Shown here piece after piece: positions 10,084 through 19,382 of a DNA stretch of 64,000 nucleotides. Numbering within the stretch: the first letter of the stretch is position 1; each line of letters begins with the position of its first letter. The notes below the pieces were generated by a model that saw only the letters and a program-made list of their open reading frames with translations, was not told the origin of the DNA and did no database searches. This DNA is from Emticicia agri (GTDB taxonomy: Bacteria; Bacteroidota; Bacteroidia; Cytophagales; Spirosomataceae): the NCBI GenBank assembly GCA_945860265.1, contig CAMAQF010000008.1, forward strand, positions 3,810-67,809, read 5' to 3'. A program made the translations under genes and the position numbers.

Positions 10084-10505
10084 TCACGATAATTGATAAT
10101 AATTATCAATTGGGGCTACACCAGCTAAATTGGATGGCGTAGTTGGCGGTATGTTTTCTACCGAAAATTTAGCATCAGCCCAATCTCCATGGTCGCAAAA
10201 AGCATTATCTCCAGATGTATCAGTAATTAATTTGAGTTGGTCGGTATTACTTATATTAAGATTTACATTTATCGTTGCTGATGAAGGATACAAGGTCGGG
10301 CTTATATAGGCCAAATTATTATCTTTAAATAGTTTAAAAATAACAATTCCACAGGTTCCATACGAAATCTCATCATCGATACCAATTTTTGCCCTAAATG
10401 TATTGTATTGATTGAGGCTCAAATTATTGATTACTTCCGAATTAGCGTGTGTCCTAAGTCCTTTTTCATAAGTTATGCCATTGAGTGTTAGCGCGTACTG
10501 CCATC
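10084..10505 (-). pseudogene. Relic of an NPCBM/NEW2 carbohydrate-binding module plus the start of an FN3 domain
   Basis: Frame extends upstream of the called TTG as LTLNGITYEKGLRTHANSEV...FRAKIGIDDE...CDHGDWADAK, then PPTTPSNL...YQLS* (stop where FN3 Trp is expected); apparent frameshift near 10492, no signal peptide. Confidence 0.7.
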
Positions 10506-10575
10506 ATATTTAAAAATAAGTTTCTCTATAGATATAGTATAGGACAAAGGTCTAAAAAGATAAGTTGCTTTTACC

Positions 10576-11358
10576 TTATTTTCCTTTAAAATTAGTTTTG
10601 CGTTTTTGCAAAAAAGCCATTATACCTTCCGCAAAATCGTGGGTTTTACCTAGAATTTCTTGATTTTCTGATTCTTGCTCTAAAATATCATCAACCGTGC
10701 TATTATATGACTGATTCAAAACTTTTTTCATTAATCCAATCGACTTTGTTGCGGCTGTTTTATAGTATTCCGTTAGTTCGTTTATAGCTTCATCGAGTGC
10801 TTCGTAAGGGACTATTTTTGTAACTAAACCTATATTTAGTGCTTCTTCCATATAGACTTTTCGGCCAGTGCTACATAATTCAAACGCTTTTTGCATACCT
10901 ACAATTCGAGGCAAAAAGTACATCGAACCTGCATCGGGCATTAGTCCAATTCCTACAAAAAGTTCGCTCATATAGGCATCGTTATTGGCAATAATCATAT
11001 CACAAGCCAAGGCTAGCGACATCCCCGCTCCTGCTGCTATCCCATTCATGCGGCAGATGATTGGCTTTTCGGCATTTCGAATGGCACGAATCATCGGATT
11101 ATAGTTTTTGCGAAGCGAATCTCCCAACGATGCCATGCCTTCGTCCATACCGGCCTTTAAATCAGCTCCCGAACAAAAAGCTTTATCACCTACACCCGTA
11201 ATAACAATAACTCTAACCGATGAATCATTGGAAGATACTTCCACAGCTTTCGTTATTTCATTGATTAGGGCAGTACTAAGGGCATTATATACTTGTGGAC
11301 GATTGAGTGTAATGGTAGAAACACCATCAAATATTTCTAAGATTATATTTTCATACAT
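10576..11358 (-). CDS. Enoyl-CoA hydratase/isomerase (crotonase; PaaG-like)
   Basis: ITLNRPQVYNAL, AFCSGADL, NGIAAGAGMSLALACD, GLMPDAG. Confidence 0.92.
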   Translation of the reverse strand: MYENIILEIFDGVSTITLNRPQVYNALSTALINEITKAVEVSSNDSSVRVIVITGVGDKAFCSGADLKAGMDEGMASLGDSLRKNYNPMIRAIRNAEKPIICRMNGIAAGAGMSLALACDMIIANNDAYMSELFVGIGLMPDAGSMYFLPRIVGMQKAFELCSTGRKVYMEEALNIGLVTKIVPYEALDEAINELTEYYKTAATKSIGLMKKVLNQSYNSTVDDILEQESENQEILGKTHDFAEGIMAFLQKRKTNFKGK

Positions 11359-11485
11359 AAGTAACTATCAATTATTTGGTTTTGATATATTAAAATTTAA
11401 GAAGTATATATACAAATATACAGCAAATAAGCATAATAATTTGGGTTGGAAAGTGTCTAAAAAAAACATTTTCATTTAAAATTTC

Positions 11486-11514
11486 TTTGATTTGCTTCCG
11501 AAACTCTATATTTG
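11486..11514 (+). promoter_or_regulatory. Bacteroidota housekeeping promoter upstream of kup
   Basis: TATATTTG (TAnnTTTG, -7 box) at 11507-11514 with an upstream TTTG. Confidence 0.55.
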
Positions 11515-11546
11515 CAGACTTTTTTTACAAATAATCAAAAATTGAA

Positions 11547-13670
11547 GTGAGTCTAACTGGAAATGAGCAAGGTAATGGCAACCACGGTAATGGCCATCAC
11601 CACCATAATCTCGACAAAGTATCTGCTGCTGGACTGTTAATTGCCATGGGAATTATCTATGGTGATATTGGCACTTCACCTTTATATGTTCTAAAAGCTA
11701 TTGCAGGAACAGAAGTAATCAATGAAGCAATAATTTTGGGTGCACTATCATGTGTTTTTTGGACACTAACAATGCAAACAACACTCAAATACGTAATTCT
11801 GACTCTAAGAGCCGATAATCGTGGTGAAGGAGGAATTTTAGCTCTTTTTGCATTAGTTCGACGCCATGCCAGATGGCTAACTGTACCAGCAATCATTGGT
11901 GCCAGTGCATTACTTGCTGATGGCATCATTACCCCCCCGATTTCAGTAGCTTCGGCTATCGAAGGTTTACGCATAAAATTTCCTGATATTCAACAAGATA
12001 CAATCGTTAAAATCGTAATTGTGATCATATCAATTATATTTATCGTACAGATTTTTGGCACTAAAAAAGTAGGTTATTTATTTGGACCTTTTATGCTTGC
12101 ATGGTTTTCTATGCTTGCCGTGTTAGGTGTGGTTTGGATAGCCAAAGACTTTACGGTACTTAAAGCAATGAATCCTTATTATGCCTATGAATTATTAGTA
12201 AATCACCCTGGTGGATTTTGGATTTTAGGTTCTGTTTTTTTATGTACAACTGGGGCAGAAGCTCTCTACTCAGATTTAGGACATTGTGGTCGTGGCAATA
12301 TACGTATGAGTTGGGGGTTTGTAAAACTATGCTTATTGCTAAATTATTTTGGACAAGGGGTTTATGTAATGAGCCTGAATGGCCAAATGCTTGGCGATAG
12401 AAACCCATTTTATAACCTAATGCCTGAATGGTTTTTGCCATTTGGTATTTTCATCGCGACTTCAGCTGCCATTATTGCGAGCCAAGCCTTGATTAGTGGT
12501 TCGTTTACGCTTATTTCAGAAGCAATAAGATTAAATTTTTGGCCCAAAATAAAGGTCAATTATCCATCTGACCAAAAGGGACAAATTTATGTGCCGAGTA
12601 TCAATATTTTACTTTGGATTGGCTGTGTAAGCGTCACTTTATACTTTAGTAAAATTGCAGGTGAAATGACTGAAAAAAATATTGCCGATGCTTTGGCATT
12701 GAATAAAAACATTGATTTGGCTGTATTAAAAAAATCATCTGAAGTATTACTTTCAACGGCAATGGAAGCTGCTTATGGTTTAGCCATAACAATGACAATG
12801 CTTATGACAACTATGCTCATGGCATATTATTTATATGCTAAAAAATTCAACATTTGGGCAATAATATTGTTTATCTTAACCTACACTTGCATTGAAGGCT
12901 CATTTTTGATTGCAAATCTCCAAAAATTTCCGCACGGTGGTTATGTTTCTTTAATTATAGCTGGCATTATTGCCTTAGTAATGTATATTTGGATTCGAGC
13001 CTTTAAAATCAAAGCAAGATTGACAGAATACGAAAAACTGGACAAATATACTGAGTCCTTAAAAGAATTAAGTTCAGATATTACAGTTCCCAAATATGCT
13101 ACTCACCTAGTATTTTTGAGTAATGCAGGCCGTGCTTCGGAAATTGAAAACAAGATAATTTATTCCATTTTTCAGAAACGACCAAAACGTGCAGATGTCT
13201 ATTGGTTTGTGCATATTGATACCGTAGATGACCCTTATACAATGGAATATAAGGTCATGACAGTTGCCGATGACGATGTCTATAAAGTAAATTTCCGTTT
13301 GGGCTTTAGAGTGCCACAGAAGATAAATCTTTATTTCAGAAGAGTACTCGAAGACATGGTGAAAAATGGCGAAGTAGATATCCGTAGCCGTTATGAATCA
13401 TTGAACCGTCATAATGTAATCGGTGATTTTAAATTCGTTGTTCTCGAAAGATTCCTTTCTTATGAAAACGAACTGCCTTTCTGGGAAGGTCTAATTATGA
13501 GAGCTTACTTTTTTATCAAACAATATACACCTTCGGAAGACAAATGGTTTGGGCTTGACAGTAGTGCAGTGAAAGTCGAAAAAGTGCCGTTTATTATTAA
13601 AGCAATTGATAATATCAACCTAAAGCGTATTCCATGGGCAGGAAATGGAAATCCTATCGCAGGGCATTGA
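11547..13670 (+). CDS. kup: KUP/HAK/KT potassium uptake transporter
   Basis: GIIYGDIGTSPLY, ADNRGEGGILAL, ADGIITPPISV, TGAEALYSDLGH, GQIYVP. Confidence 0.96.
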   Translation: MSLTGNEQGNGNHGNGHHHHNLDKVSAAGLLIAMGIIYGDIGTSPLYVLKAIAGTEVINEAIILGALSCVFWTLTMQTTLKYVILTLRADNRGEGGILALFALVRRHARWLTVPAIIGASALLADGIITPPISVASAIEGLRIKFPDIQQDTIVKIVIVIISIIFIVQIFGTKKVGYLFGPFMLAWFSMLAVLGVVWIAKDFTVLKAMNPYYAYELLVNHPGGFWILGSVFLCTTGAEALYSDLGHCGRGNIRMSWGFVKLCLLLNYFGQGVYVMSLNGQMLGDRNPFYNLMPEWFLPFGIFIATSAAIIASQALISGSFTLISEAIRLNFWPKIKVNYPSDQKGQIYVPSINILLWIGCVSVTLYFSKIAGEMTEKNIADALALNKNIDLAVLKKSSEVLLSTAMEAAYGLAITMTMLMTTMLMAYYLYAKKFNIWAIILFILTYTCIEGSFLIANLQKFPHGGYVSLIIAGIIALVMYIWIRAFKIKARLTEYEKLDKYTESLKELSSDITVPKYATHLVFLSNAGRASEIENKIIYSIFQKRPKRADVYWFVHIDTVDDPYTMEYKVMTVADDDVYKVNFRLGFRVPQKINLYFRRVLEDMVKNGEVDIRSRYESLNRHNVIGDFKFVVLERFLSYENELPFWEGLIMRAYFFIKQYTPSEDKWFGLDSSAVKVEKVPFIIKAIDNINLKRIPWAGNGNPIAGH

Positions 13671-13722
13671 TAAAAAATAATTTAAAAATAAAATTCCTGT
13701 TTTAAGGAAAAAACAACAGTTT

Positions 13723-14787
13723 ATGAAAATACTCATCACAGGCGGAGCAGGATTTGTAGGTTCGGCCTTGGCACTTTCGTTGAAAGCAAATTATCCATCC
13801 TACGATATTTATTGTTTGGATAACCTTCGTCGCAAAGGCTCAGAATTAAACGTTGCTCGATTGGGCAAAGCAGGAATCACTTTCGTGCATGGCGATATTC
13901 GTAGTAAAGAAGATTTCGATGCTCTTCCAATTGTTGATACCGTAATCGAAGCCTCAGCCGAGCCTTCGGTTTTGGCTGGAATCAATGGCGGTACACCCGA
14001 TTATTTGATTAATACTAATCTTTTTGGGACGGTAAATTGCCTAAACTATGCTGTAAAATGCAACGCAAAATTCATTTTTCTTTCAACAAGTCGAGTTTAT
14101 CCAATTAAAACCATCGAAACTCTCGATTTTGATGAGCAAGAAACTCGTTATCAATTAACTGATAATCAAGCTATTAAAGGTGTTTCAGCCAAAGGAATTG
14201 CCGAAGATTTTCCGTTAGATGGCGTTCGTTCCCTTTACGGAACAACCAAATTGGCTTCTGAATTAATCATTCAAGAATACAACGAATTTTATAAGCTTCC
14301 GACCGTTATCAATCGTTGTGGTGTGCTTACAGGCCCATGGCAAATGGGAAAAGTTGATCAAGGTGTAATGGTACTTTGGATTGCTAAACACTTCTTTGAG
14401 CAAAAACTATCTTATATTGGTTATGGCGGCGAAGGCAAACAAACCCGTGATATTCTGCACGTGGCTGACCTTTACCGCTTAATTGATTGGCAGTTACATA
14501 ACTTTGAGAAAGTAAACGGTGAGATTCTGAATGCTGGTGGAGGGGTTGATGTAAGTGTTTCTTTGCAAGAATTAACCGAAATTTGCCAAAGGGTAACTGG
14601 CAAAACAATTCCGATTACTAAAATCAAAGAAAACCGGCCTGCGGATATTCGTTTGTACGTAACCGATAACTCGAAAGTAACTGCCTTGACAGGTTGGAAA
14701 CCAGAAATTGGTGTTGAAGAAATCGTAAAAGATATAACACAATGGTTATCAGATAATCGTGCAGATTTAGAGCCGATTTTGAAGTAA
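13723..14787 (+). CDS. NAD-dependent nucleotide-sugar epimerase/dehydratase, CDP-paratose 2-epimerase (RfbE)-like
   Basis: ITGGAGFVG, DNLRRKGSELN, YGTTK (YxxxK), GPWQMGKVDQG, GKQTRDILHVADL. Confidence 0.85.
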   Translation: MKILITGGAGFVGSALALSLKANYPSYDIYCLDNLRRKGSELNVARLGKAGITFVHGDIRSKEDFDALPIVDTVIEASAEPSVLAGINGGTPDYLINTNLFGTVNCLNYAVKCNAKFIFLSTSRVYPIKTIETLDFDEQETRYQLTDNQAIKGVSAKGIAEDFPLDGVRSLYGTTKLASELIIQEYNEFYKLPTVINRCGVLTGPWQMGKVDQGVMVLWIAKHFFEQKLSYIGYGGEGKQTRDILHVADLYRLIDWQLHNFEKVNGEILNAGGGVDVSVSLQELTEICQRVTGKTIPITKIKENRPADIRLYVTDNSKVTALTGWKPEIGVEEIVKDITQWLSDNRADLEPILK

Positions 14788-14841
14788 ATCTTCGCTGATT
14801 CCGACGGTTTCGCTTGTCCAATTAGCTTTAGCACCAAAAAC

Positions 14842-14890
14842 AAAAGTGGCATACATTGTTATCATTGATAAACAGGTATGCCACTTTTTT
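14842..14890. terminator. Intrinsic terminator after the epimerase gene
   Basis: AAAAGTGGCATAC...GTATGCCACTTTTTT. Confidence 0.8.
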
Positions 14891-14920
14891 ATTATCCAAA
14901 TCTTGCCTAGGACTTCGTTA

Positions 14921-15024
14921 CCTTCGACTTCGCTCAGTCAAAGAAAATGCCGTCCGAGCGGAGCAGAGGGCAAACAGTTTCTCACCGAAGCCAAAGAAAA
15001 CGCCGCCCGAGGGTAGTCGAGGGC
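14921..15024. repeat. Degenerate CTTCGACTTCGCTCAG-type palindromic repeat with a duplicated right arm
   Basis: CCTTCGACTTCGCTCAG followed by two 33-nt direct copies (14939-14971, 14992-15024; 27/33 identical) partly complementary to it. Confidence 0.65.
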
Positions 15025-17396
15025 TACTTCAACTTTTCCTCAAATAACTTCAAAATACGCTTGTATTCGTCCATCCAAGAAGTTGGTTCTACAAAACCGT
15101 GGTCTTCCATTGGGTAGCTAGCCATTTCCCAATTTTCTTTTTTAAGTTCGATAAGGCGTTGTACCAAACGATACGAATCTTGAATATGCACATTGACATC
15201 AACCATACCATGACAAATCAATAAATGACCTTTCAAACCAGCTGCATGGTAAATTGGCGAACTTTTACGGTAAGCTAAACTATCGGTTTGGGGTTCATTC
15301 AAAATATTTGCAGTATAACCGTGATTATAAGCTGCCCAATCGGTCACGGGGCGAAGTGCCACACCTGCCGCAAAAACATCGGGTGTTGTAAACATAGCCA
15401 TTAAAGTAATAAAACCGCCATAAGAGCCACCATAAACACCTATTTTCTTTGGGTCGATGCCGTATTTTGAAACCAACAATTTTGCTCCATCAACATTATC
15501 TTCTAAATCTTTTCCGCCCATAAAACGATAGATTCCTGTGCGGTGATCACGACCGTAACCTGCACTTGCACGATAATCAATGTCCAACACGGTATAACCT
15601 TTATCAACCAATAAATTATGAAACATATACTCTCTCGAATACTGACTCCACCATTTATGAGCATTTTGTAAATATCCTGCTCCGTGAACAAATATGACCG
15701 CGGGGCGGCCTTCCGCTTTTTTATTTTTCAATTTAGCAGTTGGCTCATAAATTCTAGCAAAAACTTCTACGCCATCACGAGCCAAGAATGAGATTACTTT
15801 TGCATCTTTCCAAGCATAAGCCTTAAATTCATCCGTCAATGAATTGGTCAATTGCTCGGCTTTAGCATTGGGTTTATTTTCTTGCAAAAAAAGCTCCCAC
15901 GGTTTATTGATGTATGAATAACGAATTGCCAAACTCGATTCATCGGGCGAAAGCGTTACATCGTTTGCCCCAACCATACTTGTCAATTTTACTCTTTCGC
16001 CACCTTCGACCGACATTTTATAAAAATGCTGTTCGCCAGAATGTGCTTCGTTGGTAGTCAGATAAAAAGATTTTTTATCTTTCGATAATTGGGTTTGCTG
16101 CACTTCAAATTTGCCTTTGGTAAGCTGTTTTTTCTCGCCAGTTACCAAATTTACAGTATAAAGATGTGAATAACCATCAACTTCTGACTGAAAATAAAGC
16201 GTTTGGGAATCGACCCAACCTAAACCTGCACCGCCGAAATTAAAACCGATTCCAGGGCCACCAACCCATGCTTCGTCATGCTGGCGGTCGAGTAATTTTA
16301 GCTTTCCAGTTGCTGGTTCGAGTTGCATAATCCAACGGTCTTTATTATCAACCGAACGAATATTTACAACCGCATAAGAGCCATCGGGCGACCAAATCGG
16401 GCCTAAAACAATTATTTTTCGGGCAACTACCTTCTTCTTGGTTGTATCTTTCTTGGCATAATCTTTCAAGAATTCTGGCTGCTCCATAATTCCTGGAATG
16501 TCTTTCGTAACTACCTGATAAACAGTATCTTTCTTAGTATCATACACAAAGTTTTCATAAGTTGCTAAAGGCGAACCGACCTTTGTGCGAGCGGCAATGT
16601 CTTCCGTAAAACCAGATTCGGTTACGTAGCTTGGCACAATCGTAGTTTTGGCATTTTTGGGCTGTACCGAAAGACGATAAGTGATGTATCGTAAATCGGG
16701 GCTGATTTGTGGTTGTTCCAAAATTTTATCTTCTGTGTAAATCTCTTTTGGGCGTTTGGATTGGTCGAGTTTGGCCAATTTTTCGGCTTCCTCTTTCTTT
16801 TCTTTGCGTTCTTTCAAGACCTCAAACATGGCTAATTGGTCAGCTTTTAGCCATTTTTCTTCATCATTAGCAGGTTTTGCTTCTGCTTTTTTACTGCCTG
16901 TCAGAAAATTTGATAGCTGCGTTACCGAGCCATCTTCCAAGCTCAAACTAAATAAATTATTACTTCTTCCGAAAATAATCTTGGTTTCGTCACCACTAAA
17001 ATATGGATTCGATTCACGCTCAATTGTGTTGGTTAATTGCTTAATTTTCAAGGTTTTGGTATAAAGCAAATAAAGTTCACCTTGCTTTTCGTAAACCTTC
17101 ATTGAGCGACTAGGGCTGTAAGTACCCGATTGAGCGGGCAATGCTCGACGTTCTTTTGACGTAACTTTTACAGGTATTCTCTCGGGCAAAACAAATTTAT
17201 AGAGCGAATCACCTTTATTTTTATCGGGATTCCACGAAAAATAAAGCGTTTTGCCATCTTCTGACCAAAAAATATTACTTGGAGAAGTACCAATCCATTT
17301 CGATTGGTCTTGCATGATTTTTTCGACCGTAAGGGCTTGACCGAAAGCAGTTTGAATAAAAAACTGAATAATAAAGAAGAGAGAGATTTTTCTCAT
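15024..17396 (-). CDS. S9 family (prolyl oligopeptidase / DPP-IV-like) secreted serine peptidase
   Basis: Signal peptide, beta-propeller repeats, VHGAGY, GGSYGG nucleophile, HGMVDVNVH, EDHGF. Confidence 0.93.
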   Translation of the reverse strand: MRKISLFFIIQFFIQTAFGQALTVEKIMQDQSKWIGTSPSNIFWSEDGKTLYFSWNPDKNKGDSLYKFVLPERIPVKVTSKERRALPAQSGTYSPSRSMKVYEKQGELYLLYTKTLKIKQLTNTIERESNPYFSGDETKIIFGRSNNLFSLSLEDGSVTQLSNFLTGSKKAEAKPANDEEKWLKADQLAMFEVLKERKEKKEEAEKLAKLDQSKRPKEIYTEDKILEQPQISPDLRYITYRLSVQPKNAKTTIVPSYVTESGFTEDIAARTKVGSPLATYENFVYDTKKDTVYQVVTKDIPGIMEQPEFLKDYAKKDTTKKKVVARKIIVLGPIWSPDGSYAVVNIRSVDNKDRWIMQLEPATGKLKLLDRQHDEAWVGGPGIGFNFGGAGLGWVDSQTLYFQSEVDGYSHLYTVNLVTGEKKQLTKGKFEVQQTQLSKDKKSFYLTTNEAHSGEQHFYKMSVEGGERVKLTSMVGANDVTLSPDESSLAIRYSYINKPWELFLQENKPNAKAEQLTNSLTDEFKAYAWKDAKVISFLARDGVEVFARIYEPTAKLKNKKAEGRPAVIFVHGAGYLQNAHKWWSQYSREYMFHNLLVDKGYTVLDIDYRASAGYGRDHRTGIYRFMGGKDLEDNVDGAKLLVSKYGIDPKKIGVYGGSYGGFITLMAMFTTPDVFAAGVALRPVTDWAAYNHGYTANILNEPQTDSLAYRKSSPIYHAAGLKGHLLICHGMVDVNVHIQDSYRLVQRLIELKKENWEMASYPMEDHGFVEPTSWMDEYKRILKLFEEKLK

Positions 17397-17444
17397 TTTT
17401 AACGAATTAGGTTTGATGAATGCCTTAGAAAGCAGTAAATATAA

Positions 17445-18035
17445 TCAACCTATTCCAAAAATTCTTTGATTGATTAGCTGTTTTTCTACACCCACTAAGA
17501 AATTGGGCAAGATTGGATAACAAGGTAAAAGAGGAGTAAGAAAAACGGGCAGACGTTGGTCTTTAAAAATCAGTTTTATGTATCCTTCCGTGAGTTGGTA
17601 ATTGGTAGCAACGTAATACTCTAAAACCCGAATATCATCAAAATTAAATGAATCAGTATGCTCGCCAACGATAGTAATTTTCTTTAAAACTGGGTCGAAA
17701 GTATAATCTTTTTGTCCATTTTGCTGCCAATATTGATATTTTATTCGGAAATGTAAAAAGGGAACAAGTAGAGTAGCAAATGCAACAAACACCACCAAAA
17801 ACTGGGCAAGCGAATCATATTTTATGATAAAACTCGTTAAAAAAATGACAATCACTATGAGAATCAAAAACGAAAAAAGAATGTCAGTCAGTGAAAAAAA
17901 ACTGGCACGATAAGTTCGAGGAGTTTTCAACAATGCGTTTTCACCATTCCAATCAAGCGAACGTCGATTTAATGAAAAAATGCCTATAAAAAAATACAGG
18001 AACAAAATTCCGAATAATGCGATTACGGCAAGCAT
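17445..18035 (-). CDS. Hypothetical membrane protein (about 3 TM)
   Basis: 196-aa ORF with hydrophobic segments, in the minus-strand gene run. Confidence 0.7.
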   Translation of the reverse strand: MLAVIALFGILFLYFFIGIFSLNRRSLDWNGENALLKTPRTYRASFFSLTDILFSFLILIVIVIFLTSFIIKYDSLAQFLVVFVAFATLLVPFLHFRIKYQYWQQNGQKDYTFDPVLKKITIVGEHTDSFNFDDIRVLEYYVATNYQLTEGYIKLIFKDQRLPVFLTPLLPCYPILPNFLVGVEKQLINQRIFGIG

Positions 18036-18039
18036 TTTC

Positions 18040-18669
18040 CTAAAAATTCAAAGGGTCGAGTTCTTTAAAGTGACCATTCATAGCGATTCGCTCTTTGGTT
18101 CGTTCAACTTCTGTCACAACTGGGATAATTCTTTCGAGGTGGTCTATTAGAATTTCTTGTCTGACTTTTTCATTGGAAGTTATCAGAACCTCATATTCTT
18201 CTTGGATCGAAATACCAATTTTATGAACAATTCGATGGCTAAAAGGCATATATTCTGGTTTTTCGAAATCAACTTTTACTTTCAGTAAATGATAGAGTTT
18301 TTCGACCAGACTTAACAAATAGGGATTAATAACATCATTTAAATCTTCATTTTCGATAAAAATCACCTCGCCTCCAGCATATAATTTACCATTTGCTGGA
18401 TTCTGAAAATCAACGATTCTGAAAATTCGTAAACCTTTGGTTTTGATGTCCATTCGGCCATCTCCGTAGCGTTTTGATAGTAATTTTACTTCGACTTCTG
18501 TACCATATCCTAGTAATTTACCATTGACAAAAGAAGGAATTCCGAAAGTTTTATTTTCGTCTAAACATTCATCTATCAACTGACGATAACGAGGCTCGAA
18601 TATATGTAAATTAAGGTCTTCGTGCGGAAAGACCACTAAATTTAGCGGAAATAGAGGTAAAAAGTTCAT
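18040..18669 (-). CDS. Stand-alone LON peptidase N-terminal (substrate-binding) domain protein
   Basis: LPLFPLNLVVFP...LHIFEPRYRQLI. Confidence 0.9.
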   Translation of the reverse strand: MNFLPLFPLNLVVFPHEDLNLHIFEPRYRQLIDECLDENKTFGIPSFVNGKLLGYGTEVEVKLLSKRYGDGRMDIKTKGLRIFRIVDFQNPANGKLYAGGEVIFIENEDLNDVINPYLLSLVEKLYHLLKVKVDFEKPEYMPFSHRIVHKIGISIQEEYEVLITSNEKVRQEILIDHLERIIPVVTEVERTKERIAMNGHFKELDPLNF

Positions 18670-18779
18670 TAAGTTCTAAGTGATGAGTTGTGACAGGGTC
18701 GCCTGTGCGATTCTGAGTGCAAACGCTTTTATGTTTACTTCTACTCTCGAGTTCATAGTTTCAAACTTCAAATAGTAGA

Positions 18780-19298
18780 TTATTGTTTTAGCTGCAGTGG
18801 TTTTTCCACACTTAAACCAATCGACATCACGTACGGAAGCGGGTCCTGACGCATATATTGCTTCAATTTGATGGTATATTTTCCTTTTTTAGGAAACTTA
18901 AAATTACGAGTTGAAAGCACTTTATGGTTATAAATATCACCTAATCCTTCACCGAATGGCTTACCCGTTTTGGGATTGAAAAGCGTAACTTCTTCAAGGC
19001 GATTACTGATTTGCTTACCATCTGGCCCGTAGATGTAGCGGGTTACATAAAGATTATTGTAAGGATATTGCGAAGCATTACGAATCAAGAGGTAAATACT
19101 GTAAGGCACTGTCTCGTCTTTAACTTCAAACGTAAAAGAAGGAATATTTTTTACATACCAATTGGTATCTTTCAAATCTTCGTAAGATTTAAAGATTGCA
19201 TTATTATCGCACGATAAAACCCACACCGAAATCAATAGCATGGAATTAATAATCAATGTTTTTTTTAAATATTTCACCAATTTTTGTTTGTTATTCAT
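18780..19298 (-). CDS. gldH: Gliding motility lipoprotein GldH
   Basis: Lipobox VLSC, IRNASQYPYNNLY, TGKPFGEGLGDI, GKYTIKLKQYMRQDPL; follows the PSP1 gene. Confidence 0.88.
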   Translation of the reverse strand: MNNKQKLVKYLKKTLIINSMLLISVWVLSCDNNAIFKSYEDLKDTNWYVKNIPSFTFEVKDETVPYSIYLLIRNASQYPYNNLYVTRYIYGPDGKQISNRLEEVTLFNPKTGKPFGEGLGDIYNHKVLSTRNFKFPKKGKYTIKLKQYMRQDPLPYVMSIGLSVEKPLQLKQ

Positions 19299-19382
19299 CT
19301 ATTTTCTCTGATTTTTTTACTTTACTTATTTTGAAACAGACGCGATACTCATTATATACATATCACGTCCGTTTTTATTTAA

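Noticed and set aside
14921..15024. Two 33-nt direct repeats as a mini-CRISPR
   Set aside because: Only two diverged copies, a 20-nt spacer, no cas genes; fits a REP-like element
14856..15047. 63-aa ORF MLSLINRY...
   Set aside because: Made of terminator and repeat sequence
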